From: the human T2T-CHM13v2.0 reference genome, Homo sapiens
Length of the DNA stretch: 64,000 nucleotides
Direction: 5' to 3' (one strand)
Assembly: GCF_009914755.1 (NCBI RefSeq)
Contig: NC_060939.1
Part shown: in pieces, positions 15,940-44,716 of the stretch
Position numbering within the stretch: position 1 is the stretch's first letter
How the letters are laid out: the number at the start of each line of letters is the position of its first letter
Position numbers and translations under genes: made by a program
Notes under the pieces: generated by a model
Databases searched by the model: none
What the model was told of the DNA's origin: nothing
The model's input: the letters and a program-made list of their open reading frames with translations, nothing else

Positions 15940-17220
15940 GACCCTGGATCTGGAGCCTGAGCTTTGGGCCCTCCATCCCCCCCGCCAGCCCCACCTGGCG
16001 TTCCCTGGAAACCGGCCTTCTGGAGATGGCGTGCGCAGCCGGGGATGGGGGCGACTGGAAGGGGGTGCCCGTGGCTTCCTTTGGGCCTTTCCTTCCAACT
16101 AGCGCCTGCAGGTGGACCCGGGTTGACTTCCCTCACCTCCCTCGGGCGGCCGACCTTTGGATGGCGGACCTCAGCCGCCCCAGGGTTGCGAGGCGACGGG
16201 CGCGCTGGCCCAGGCCACCAGGCGGGCTCCATCAGGGCTTTGGGTGGTGAGTTGGGGGCGCCGGATTTGGCTCATTTCAACGCTGGCCGGAGGTCACGAG
16301 GATGGAGGTGAGGTGTTTGTGAACCGATCCTTGTCCTCCGCCTCGGGGAGCTCCTGGTCTGTGGGTTGGGGGAACCAAGTAGAGACTCGGACTGAGCATT
16401 CACTGTCACAGGCGGCTTAAACAAGTAATGTCCCAGCTTCCCGATGGGGAGATCAGTGAGGGCCTGGCAGACTTTCCCAGGGACACAGAGAGAAAGGGAG
16501 GCGACAGCTAGCGAATAGGAGACTTCCAGAGGTGATGGGATTTGGGTGGGAGGAGAGGCAAGAGAGGGCATTCCAGGAGAATGTATGGGCAAAGGCACAG
16601 GGATGAAAACGAGCACAGCTGTTGGGGGCTGAGCCTGGGAGCTCAGCCATGTGACTGCCCATGGGGTGGTGGAGTCTGGAGAAATTTGCAACCTGTCCCC
16701 TACATGTTCTGCCTCACGGAGCAGGGCTCTGAAAGAGGGAGATGGTTCTTGCAGGGGCATGATTGGCAGAGAGATTTTGTTTGGGGCTACACAGGTCTTG
16801 CTAACTTAGGTTTGTTCTGGGCTTGGTGAGCCTTAGGGCAAAGTCTCTAGAGCTGAGAGGGGGCTGTCTCTGGTGAATGGGCCCCTGAAAGAGGGTCTTA
16901 GGTTTAGCAAACCCCTTGGAGAGTTAGTGGGGTCCCAGGAGGGGAGTTCTAGAGAGAGACCTTGGGCTCTGTGGCTGTTTCTTTAACCGTTTCCTGAGTG
17001 GCCACCTCCAAGCAAGTTCCCCAAGTCACCTCCCCTCTCTGGGCATCTCTTTCTAGCACCTTTCTCTAGAGATGAAATAATAGGACTAAGTAGTGACCTC
17101 CCTTGAGGATGCTCCTTGTTCTAGTTTAGAGCATCCCCCCTTTCTTCTCCCTCTTCCTTTTCCTTTCCTCCCCTATCCCTCTGCCTCCCTGTCCCTATCC
17201 CCACCCCTTGCCCCCCACAG

Positions 17221-17303
17221 CATTTCCTTTACAGGCTGCACTTCCTTCCCTGCTGCCAGCCAGGAGTTTCGGAAGGTTTCCTGGAGGAAGTGTGATACAG
17301 CAG
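17221..17303 (+). other. SCAMP5: Candidate alternative 5'UTR cassette exon of SCAMP5
   Basis: An ~85-nt pyrimidine tract (17135-17220) ends in cacag|, with a second AG at 17233-17234. The donor CAG|GTTTGA is weak. No ATG inside. Confidence 0.5.
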
Positions 17304-18312
17304 GTTTGACAGCAGCTTTGGGCTTAATCTGATTGGGGGAGGGCGTTAATTGCCTCCCTCCCACCCATTGGGAAAGTGTCCAAGTCTTAAGCAAGTATAT
17401 GGATTGACTGTGCTCTGTGCTGGGTCCCTCCTGGAAACTCCATCCAGGAGGGAGTGAGGAGATTATGGGAGAAGACGTGAACACTTAGTGCCCAATGACT
17501 GACTCAAAATGTATGCAGCGGGATGCAGAGCAGCGATTTTTGGAAAGGCTTCCCAGAAGGGGTGGGATGTGAGAAGGTAGCAGGACTTAGAGGAGCTGAT
17601 AGTGCTGCCAGTTTAGGGGCACTGGAAGCAGAGGGGGCGGCTAGAGATGATCTCCTGCATGAGGCTGGGAGTGTAGGAGGCAGGTCAACCTGTGAGCAGC
17701 CAAAGGTGGTGGGAGGGAGGTTTGTAGCTGACTGGCACAAAGCCTTGAATGCCAGGCAAAGATCTGTAGGAGGCTACTGAATAGTCATCAGTAGGACAGG
17801 GACAGCATGGCCAGGAGACTGCTGTTTTCTGAGGATTATTCATAGTTCTGGGATTTCAGGGCAGAAGATGGGGCTAGGAGTGGGATGAGGGGATTGGAGG
17901 TAGAGCAGGAGGGGGAAACTTCCATCTTAGCAGGTTGGCTCTGGGCAGCAAAAAGGAATCACCATTTCTGTGCCAGGGATGAGGGGCCCATACTGGTGAG
18001 CAGGGAGCCCTGGAGTTAGCCCCAGGACTCTGGCCTGATCTGAAGCCAGGCTTGACCCTCGTCTGCTGCCAGAGGCCTCAGTCTCCCCACTGTGGGGGCT
18101 TCTGTCCTAGCTTCACAATAAGGAATGGAATACATTATAGTTAGGGTTTCATGAACAAAATTCAGGTAGTAACTGCTATCTTATTGATAATTAAGGTGTT
18201 TCCCTAGGCCTACATCTTTGGAGGGATATGTAGCCCTTATCCCCATTATAAAAGATTATCAGTTGAGCAGATTGCTAATTCTTCTGTTTTGTAGTCTAAG
18301 AACTTTGGTTTG

Positions 18313-31200
<12,888 letters not shown>

Positions 31201-31827
31201 GTTTTTTAATTAAAAAAATTTAATTTCCCTGCCTCTCCAGACCAGATTAGATCACCAGGACATGATGTGTATGTTTTCACGGTGGCTGTGCTTGCCTTTT
31301 GTATGATTTACTGCAGAGGTGATTGACTGTTTCATGGGGAGAGCAGGGACCACATCTGTCTCACTCATTCTTCCAGCACCATATAAGTGTCCTAATAAAT
31401 GAACAAAGGCAAAAGGAGCAAAGGGAGGCTAGCCTGTGACCAAGGCCGAGGCTCAGTCTGTAATTCAAGGTCAAGGAATAGAATGTCACTTGGCTTTCCC
31501 TGTATGGGATCCCCTCCCAGGTTCCTTTCCTACCCTTGGATGGGGTTTTCAGAGAGTAGATTTTGTGCCTTGAAGCAGAGGGCGGGAGCAGCTGGTAAGA
31601 TGCAGCTGGTGGAAGGGTGGCTCTGGGAGGAGGGGAGCTGCCTCCATTGCATTCACGGCACTGTGGGAGTATGTGCTGGGTCCTGTCCTGGGGAGCTTGC
31701 AGCCCAGATGAGGAGTAGAGAGGGACTGGGTTGGGTGTGGCCCTGATCTCATCCTTCTCTGGCTTTTCTTTCCTTGCAGTTCAGGACAAAGAGGTGTGGG
31801 CAGGCCACTGGGCCAGCTGGTAACATC

Positions 31828-31834
31828 ATGGCAG
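31828..31834 (+). CDS. SCAMP5: SCAMP5 coding part of exon 2 (exon 31780-31834): ATG GCA G
   Basis: Acceptor ttttctttccttgcag| at 31779, strong Kozak ATCATGG and donor CAG|GTAAGG. Joins exon 3 to give MAEKVNN. Confidence 0.93.
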
Positions 31835-32429
31835 GTAAGGAGAGGGGCAGGCTGTGTGGGTAGGACATGACAGTGAGCATAGCGTGGATGGCCCTCTTCC
31901 TGGTTCCCTTATCTCCCCTAGTCTTTGGAGGCCAGGTTCTTTCCATCTTACTGTCCCCAAGCTTTCCCCACTCTCTCCACTGAGGCCTGTCTGAGAACTT
32001 CAACATGACATTGTCTAGCCCTCTGTCAGATCTTTGGTCCTATGGACCAGGAATTGAGCACCTTGATGTCCTTGTCTTACTGTCCATCTGCCTGATTAGC
32101 TGCATGAGTGGCTCAGCCCTCCTCCCCTCTGTCTCTATTGCTTTCTAATACTCTGAGGCCTTTTTTATCTGGTTCAGAAGGCTCAGAGGTGTAGAATGCC
32201 AGAGCTGGAGGGAACTTTAGGGACCGTGTAGCCCAGCCCCCACTCCAGCAAATAAACTGAGGTCTAGAGAGGGGCGATGATTTGCCCCAGAGCACAAATG
32301 CTGAGTGGAGGCTGGAACCCACGTCTGTAGATTCTCACACATCCGCTTCTTCTGCCTGGAGCTGCCCCCACTGAGAGGGTGGTACCTTGAGGCCCTGAGA
32401 CAGTGTCACTCAGAATTAAAAAATAATAA

Positions 32430-33011
<582 letters not shown>

Positions 33012-33404
33012 TAGGCCTCTCTTCCCTTCCTTCCCCTCCACCCTCCTTTCACAGAGCATCTGGACAGGGGTCCCTCTCTGCAGTGTAATCCCTGTCTTCT
33101 TGCTTCCCCTTTCCCTTCCACTGGAGTAACTTTCCAGGGAACCTCTGGGGACTGTCAGGACCTCAGGATTCTGGATTTGGAGAGGAATCCTTCCCTCAAA
33201 GCCTTATTTGTCTTGCTTTCTCTGGAAGATTGCTCAAAGAGAGGAGGATTCAGCTGGGAGTTGGGAGCTGTGGGATCAAGTTTGCCTGGTCACTGTGCTT
33301 GCCAAGCAGCAGGTTCCTCATTTGTAGGAAGAAAGTATTGGCTTGGCGATTGCTGTGGTTCCATGCAGCTCTGTGTTGGGTGGTCTATACCTGTAAGAGT
33401 CTAA

Positions 33405-35942
<2,538 letters not shown>

Positions 35943-36156
35943 TTAGATAAAGACTGAGATTCCAGCCGCCAATGCCTGCCCCATTTAAGTGCAAGGTAGA
36001 TGGCACAATGGCTAGAAGAGATGTTTCCACAAGGCCTTTTATTTTTCCCTTTCCATGCCCATATCTCGAAAGAGAAAGTGTAAGGTCGGTTTCCCATGTC
36101 TTGGGCTTGGTGATTGCTGTGAGTCTGGGAGGGTCAGGGGCTGAAGCCATTCTTGA

Positions 36157-36738
<582 letters not shown>

Positions 36739-37039
36739 TAAGTGGTTGGTGCTATCCGCAGTGCCTAGCCGTCTCTGCCCATCTCCCCTGTCTCTTCTCC
36801 ATATCTTTTCTCACTTCTTTTTTTTTTTTTTTACCCTCCCCCAAACTCACTTTCCCTTGCTCACCTTTGGCTCAGATTGCTAGGTAGGGCCTGGGCTTTC
36901 TGGGGGTGCCAAGTTGAGGTGAGAGGGCTGAGAGTTAGTTTCTTTCCTCCTCACTCTACCCTTGGGTGGGGGAAATATAGACAGACCAGGCCTATTTTTT
37001 CTTCTGTCATCCCCTTCCTCAGGCAGCTGCATGTTAAAT

Positions 37040-37640
37040 TTTGCCTGTGGGGCTGCCTGTCTTGGTGGAGCTGCCCATCCTAGTACCTGTGGGGCTAGCC
37101 GACTTGGTGCCAAGGACACCATCTATCCATGTGCCAATGGGACCAGCCAGCCATGTACCATTGACACTGTTCATGTGCAATGAGGTCATCCAACTGTGTG
37201 CCAAAGGGAACACCCATCCACATATCAGTGGGGCTTGCTGTCTTGGTGCCAGTGGGTGTCTACCTAGTGCCAAATGGCATTTTCAATCTTTGTGCCAATG
37301 TGACTATTCATCAATGTACCAAGGCTATCTGTCTTGGTGCCAGTAGAATATCCATCTCAATGCTAATGGGGCCTTAAATCTCTTTGTGCCAATCAGGCCA
37401 TCCATCTAAGTGCCAATTAGCTACTGTTTTGGTGCCAATAGGGTGTCCATTCTAGTTCCAATGAGACTTTCTATCTCTGAGCCTATGAGACCATCCATCC
37501 ATGTACCAGTGGAGCTAGCTGTCTTGGTGTCATTGTCCATCCCCTTGACAATGAGACTATTTATTCCTGCCTCAGTGGAGCCATCTATTTCTATGCCAAT
37601 GAGGCCGTCCATCCATGTACCAGTGGGTGGTCTGTTCATG
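37040..37640. repeat. Degenerate ~24-bp minisatellite in SCAMP5 intron 4
   Basis: Recurring unit close to GTGCCAATGAGGCCATCCATCCAT. The overlapping ORF shows 8-aa periodicity (PMRPSIHV). Confidence 0.75.
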
Positions 37641-37660
37641 GGAAATCCCTCCCTGTGTAA

Positions 37661-37960
<300 letters not shown>

Positions 37961-38280
37961 TAAGAGGCAGGGGTGTGGCCTGGGGCTGGCAGGGGTGGCG
38001 TTGTGGGTGTATCTTTTGCTTACCTTTGTGTGCTAAGCTGTCTAGCCTATGGGGCCTGAGTGATGGGTTGTTGGGAGAGTGAGAGGATTCGGGATAGTGT
38101 AGTAGTACAACCATAGCATCAGAGGGAAGGAGAACCTGGCAGTGGTTTCTTGGGGGCTGAGGGGTGTCAGGGATTATAGGAAAACCTGGGGGAAGAAAGT
38201 GTTGTATCTGAAGAGCACCTCTGAGCCACAGGGATGGGGTCTTCTTGAGCCACTGGCACAGGTTCTTTGGGTATCAGTAA

Positions 38281-38742
<462 letters not shown>

Positions 38743-38749
38743 TGATTAA

Positions 38750-38971
<222 letters not shown>

Positions 38972-41485
38972 ACCAGCCACGCCTACCAGGTGGCAGAGCT
39001 GGGGCCATTGGGACAGGGGGCTCAAGCCACATCGTCATTTGTGGTTACCAAGCAGGGTTCCCCCTTCCCTTTTCTCCTTCCCTACTTTGTACAAAGGACC
39101 AGAGTTATATATATATATATATGTATATGTCTGTACCCCAGCCCCCACCTTTCAGATTCTGCTCTTGGCACTCAGCTGTGGGCTGCACGTGGAGCTGTCC
39201 CGTGCGGTAGTAGCTGTGTCTGTGTCCCCTCGTGAAATAGTGTGCAGTGGAGGTCTCTTGTGGTGCTAGATGTGTGTTTAGAGCTAAACCAGCCCCCACC
39301 CCCACCCTCCACCTGCCCCTCTTGCCTCTGGCCCCTCTGACCCTGGCCCAGGGACCCCTCACGGGGCCAGGGGAGGCATAGCAGAAAGACTGGCCCCTTC
39401 CTAGGGTTATGAGCTGGAACTGTTTCTACTTTCAGTCTTCCTGGGAAGTAACAGTACTTAGCACTCTTGGTGGTGGGTGGGAGGGTGGGTACAGGCCAGG
39501 GATATTCCCTTGCTCTTTTGATCCCTCCAGGCCTCGCCTCCTTCAGCCTCCTCCTCCCTCATCTGTTCCCTGATGTCACATTCCCTGTGCAATCTTCCCT
39601 TGCCCATGGTCTGTCTATCTCTTTCCTATGTGGCTTTTCTTTGTCTTCCCCAAGGCTGAGTGTCCCAGTTTTATCTGCTCCTGAGACTGAGCCCAGATCC
39701 CCAAATCTAATCTGATTTACAGTTCAAGGAAGCTGATGGGGAGCTGGGCCTTACCCCTGATGTAGGAGGGGCACACAGCTGGGGGTGCAGAGCCCACCTG
39801 GGTACCTGACCCCCAGGGGATGAAAATGCAAGGATGAGTCTGCTTGGGCCTGAGAGTTTGATCTGCAGGGGCAGGCTCATCTTTTCTCTCCCCTGCCTTC
39901 TCCTCCTTCTCTCCCCAGAGCCCCCTTGAGCCCCTCTGCCTATGTCCCTCTGCCTCCTCCCCATGCCCCCAGTTGCTGTGGCTTGATTCTGCTACCCTGA
40001 CCCCACCATGTGCCAGGTGGCATCTGCCTTACTGCCTTCCCTGAGGAGCTGGGACATGCTGGGCAGTTGTCAGATGTAAAGGCACAGCTGGAGCAGAGGG
40101 CATGTCAGTAATGATTGGTCCCTGGGGAAGGTCTGGCTGGCTCCAGCACAGTGAGGCATTTAGGTATCTCTCGGTGACCGTTGGATTCCTGGAAGCAGTA
40201 GCTGTTCTGTTTGGATCTGGTAGGACAGGGCTCAGAGGGCTAGGCACGGAGGGAAGGTCAGAGGAGAAGGCAGGCAGGGCCCAGTGAGAGGGGAGCATGC
40301 CTTCCCCCACCCTGGCTTGCTCTTGGTCACAGGGCGGTTCTGGGCACTTGAACTCAGGGCCCAAGCAGAAGCACAGGCCCAGTCCTGGCTGCAAGCACAA
40401 TAGCCTGAATGGGATTTCAGGTTAGGCAGGGTGGGAGGGGAGGCTCTCTGGCTTTAGTTTTGTTTTGTTTTCCAAATCAAGGTAACTTGCTCCCTTCTGC
40501 CTACAGGCCTTGGTCTTGGCTTGTCCTCACCCAGTCGGAACTCCCTACCACTTTCAGGAGAGTGGTTTTAGGCCCGTGGGGCTGTTCTGTTCCAAGCAGT
40601 GTGAGAACATGGCTGGTAGAGGCTCTAGCTGTGTGCGGGGCCTGAAGGGGAGTGGGTTCTCGCCCAAAGAGCATCTGCCCATTTCCCACCTTCCCTTCTC
40701 CCACCAGAAGCTTGCCTGAGCTGTTTGGACAAAAATCCAAACCCCACTTGGCTACTCTGGCCTGGCTTCAGCTTGGAACCCAATACCTAGGCTTACAGGC
40801 CATCCTGAGCCAGGGGCCTCTGGAAATTCTCTTCCTGATGGTCCTTTAGGTTTGGGCACAAAATATAATTGCCTCTCCCCTCTCCCATTTTCTCTCTTGG
40901 GAGCAATGGTCACAGTCCCTGGTACCTGAAAAGGTACCTAGGTCTAGGCCCTTCTTCCCTTTCCCTTCCTCTCCCCTACCCCAGAACTTTGGCTCCCTTT
41001 CCCTTCTCTCTCTGGTAGCTCCAGGAGGCCTGTGATCCAGCTCCCTGCCTAGCATCCATGACCTGTTGGATGTTACCTCCAATCAGTTTCCTGTCCTACC
41101 TGCCTCTTTGGCTTGGACCTATATGGCCATGCTCTGGCTCTACCCTTGGGAAGCCTGATCCCGGTGTGTGGCCCAGCTTGTTCAGGCCCTGGGATGCTGC
41201 ATCTCCAGGCAACTATGCACTTTCCCGGGGAGAGAACCAGTATGAGAAGTGGGGGCAGGGCACACATTCATCTTTGTAGGAAGGTCTGGCCTGGGGTCGG
41301 GTGAAGGAGGGCCCAGGTCAGTTCTGGGGTCCCAGTGACCTGCTTTGCCATTCTCCTGGTGCCGCTGCTGCTCCCTGTTTCTGGAGCTGGATGTTCCCCA
41401 GCTGGCAGTTGAGCTGCCTGAGCCAATGTGTCTGTCTTTGGTAACTGAGTGAACCATAATAAAGGGGAACATTTGGCCCTGTGTG
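38972..41485 (+). other. SCAMP5: SCAMP5 3'UTR (~2.5 kb, Alu-free)
   Basis: Runs from the stop codon to the first AATAAA that is followed by a GU-rich element. Confidence 0.85.
41458..41463 (+). terminator. SCAMP5: SCAMP5 polyadenylation signal
   Basis: AATAAA with GU-rich gtgtgttctgctgtgtcatgtgtc about 18 nt downstream. Confidence 0.85.
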
Positions 41486-41716
41486 TTCTGCTGTGTCATG
41501 TGTCTTCCTGTGGACTTGCGTGGAGCCTCACAGCGGGCTGTGGGGCAGGGGCATGAAAGTATGGGGGGTGGGTGGATCTGTGGTCTGTCATTCCCCGAGA
41601 CCTAGAGCTATACCACCCTGTGTGGCTCCTTCTCTGAGGCAGCCTTCAGTAGGTGATGAAATTGCCACCTAGGCCCCCTGCCTTGGGAGGAGGAAGTAGA
41701 AGAAGCAGGCTGGATC

Positions 41717-42092
<376 letters not shown>

Positions 42093-42479
42093 TCAGCTCA
42101 GGGCAGGGGACCCGCAGCTGGTTCAGCCACCTCAATGAATACAGAGGTTCCTGGGGCCTGTGAAGGCTAGAAAATGAAGGGGGCAGGGAAGCATGCCAGT
42201 GTGTGTTCTTCTGCCGCCTTCCCTTTGCCCATTTGATGCCTTCCACCTGGATCGCTATTGGGATCCTCTATCTAACCTCCTGGCTGTCCTTCAAGATTCA
42301 TTTCAAGTCACTCCTTCAAGAAGGCTTTCCTGCCTAGAGGTGTTGCTTCCTCATGGAGGATCTTACCCTGTCATTTTCTGTGTCCCTGTTTGTCTCAAGA
42401 ACAGGGACGCATCTGATTTATCTCTGTATCCTGTGCACCTAAAATAGAAGAGGCTTGGTAAATATTAAGTGCCACGAGC

Positions 42480-43285
42480 CCTCTTTTACTAAGGACCTGC
42501 CAACATGGGCCCCATTCACACTAATACCATGAAGATAGCCCTTTTCTATACTTCGTCATAAAAAAGTAATACACACACCCGGGCAGCAACTTCCACACAA
42601 ACAACACATGTGCAAGGAGATCACCATTATTTCCAGCAAAATGCTCCCCAGGGCCGAGCGTGGTGGCTCACTCCTGTAGTCCCAGCACTTTGGGAGGCCA
42701 AGGTGGGCGGATTGTTTGAGCCTAGGAGTTTGAGACCAGCCCGGGCAATAGAGTGAGAACCCGTCTCTACAAAAAATACAAACATTAGTCTGGCATGATG
42801 GTGCACTCCTGTAGTCCTGGCTACTCCATAGGCTGAGATAGGAGGATGGCTTAAGCCCAAAAGGTGGAGGTTGCAGTGAGTGGAGATAGCACCACTGCGC
42901 ACTCCAGTCTGGGTGACAGAGCCAGACCCTGTCTCAAAAAAAAAAAAAAAAACAAAAAAAAAAACAGCTCCCCAACAAGATAGCAGGCTACAACATGCAT
43001 GTGATGAAGCTGATTTGAAGCGCTCAGTGAGAGGTATCTGCATCAAGTTGCAGGAGGAGAAGAGAGAAAGGAGAGATAATCATGTTCCTGAGGTCTCAGC
43101 CCTGGATCAGGAAATCATTGAAGTATTAACATATCCTGACATTAAGGAAATGCTGATGTTTTTGGACTTTGGCAGTCTGTCCAACCTGCAGGTCACTCAG
43201 CCAACAGTGGGGATGAATTTCAAAACGCCACGTGGAAGCTGTTTGAATCTTTTTGAGATACTGTAATATTTTCAATAAACCTGGG

Positions 43286-43318
<33 letters not shown>
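42480..43318 (+). pseudogene. Processed pseudogene of ribosomal protein RPS17, interrupted by an AluJ
   Basis: 5'TOP-like cctctttt, then ccaacATGGGC at 42505. Translation retains [33 protein letters not shown]...[29 protein letters not shown], the RPS17 C-terminus. Intronless, frameshifted, with AATAAA at 43274 and a poly(A) tail at 43294-43318. Confidence 0.93.
42652..42964 (+). mobile_element. AluJ inserted in the RPS17 pseudogene
   Basis: AluJ-type ttgagcctaggagtttgagaccagcccgggcaa, with TSD aaaa(t/ca)gctcccca on both sides. Confidence 0.88.
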
Positions 43319-43429
43319 GGCCCCAAGCAACAAGCAGTGTGTGTGGGGCTGATAGGAGTGAGGAAAGGAGGTCGGACAGTTATGCCAGCCCCTATCGAGA
43401 GTCCCAGCAATACAAAGAACAGGGCCAGG

Positions 43430-43900
43430 GTTTGCTCCAGGATTTCCCCAGTGGACTACAACTCCCGGAAGGCAGAGAAGTGGACTACAGCTCCCAGAAG
43501 GCTGCGCGACACACAGCCAGCCCGGTGCTCTCGTGAGGCGTGCCAGTCAGATTCCGCGGGAGAGCGGCAGAGATACCGCGATATTTGGGAGCGGCCCCGA
43601 GACGCGCCTGGCGCGGGTGAGCAGTGGAAGGGGGCTGGGAAGCTGGGTTCTCGCGGCGGCGCGGGAGGGGAGGTTCGGGGAGCTGTGTCCGCGAGCGTGG
43701 GTCCACGGCTGTCTGTGTGTGTCCTTATTTTCCCCTGTGTGCCCATGAAGCTCTGTTTGCGACTGTGCGTGGGTAGGCGGCCGTCCATCTGTGCGACCTC
43801 ACTTTCCCGGCTGTACGGGTGGGGCCGCCTGGAGCAGGAGGGACCCCCGAGCCCTGAGTGGAGGGTTTGCATCTGTACCCGTCCAGCCCGACTTTGTGCT
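43430..43900. promoter_or_regulatory. PPCDC CpG-island promoter with two tandem ZNF143/THAP11-type ACTACAnnTCCC motifs (43450-43473, 43479-43502)
   Basis: CpG-rich region containing AGTGGACTACAACTCCCGGAAGGC and AGTGGACTACAGCTCCCAGAAGGC. Confidence 0.8.
43550..43616 (+). other. PPCDC: PPCDC non-coding exon 1 (5' end approximate)
   Basis: Inside the CpG island, ending in the donor CGG|GTGAGC. Confidence 0.8.
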
Positions 43901-44277
43901 GCTCTGCGATTATTTGTCCAGTGTCGTTTAATCTAGTTTAAATGATGGCCGTGTCAGCTCCTCACACTGAACGCTTACCCGGGCTGCCCAAAGTACAAAG
44001 TGTATTTAAAAAGTTGGTAAAATTAAAAAAGGAAAGCCATGGGATGTTGGAAGTAGCCCTAGGCCTGCCAAAAAGTGCTGAGTGCTATTTAAAAATTAGG
44101 CCAAATCTTGTCAGAAAAGAACTTCCTGCTGTCCTTGAAGTATTTGGAAGCAGGTGCTAGATGGTGAGCAGGAGAGGTTGCCAAGTTGGGGAAGTGGTGG
44201 TTGTCCTGGAGCAGGGGTTTCCACATCTCTCACAGTGGCTGGGAAGTAGCAATTCGCAGTCACTGCCTTTCTAGTAG

Positions 44278-44716
<439 letters not shown>

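Larger units (their letters stand above)
15330..16400. promoter_or_regulatory. SCAMP5 CpG-island promoter
   Basis: Very high GC and CpG density spanning exon 1 and the start of intron 1. Confidence 0.9.

Noticed and set aside
15078-16311. Overlapping Arg/Ala/Pro-rich ORFs on both strands
   Set aside because: Expected in a CpG island; no homology or splice support.
37040-37640. CRISPR-like or coding interpretation of the 24-bp repeat
   Set aside because: No invariant repeats with unique spacers, no cas genes, a eukaryotic intron, and interrupted frames.
40029-40400. 123-aa antisense ORF in the SCAMP5 3'UTR
   Set aside because: No promoter, domain or family similarity evident.
43253-43936. 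227-aa ORF across the PPCDC promoter
   Set aside because: Non-ATG start, poly-Lys from the pseudogene tail, and GC-rich stop depletion.
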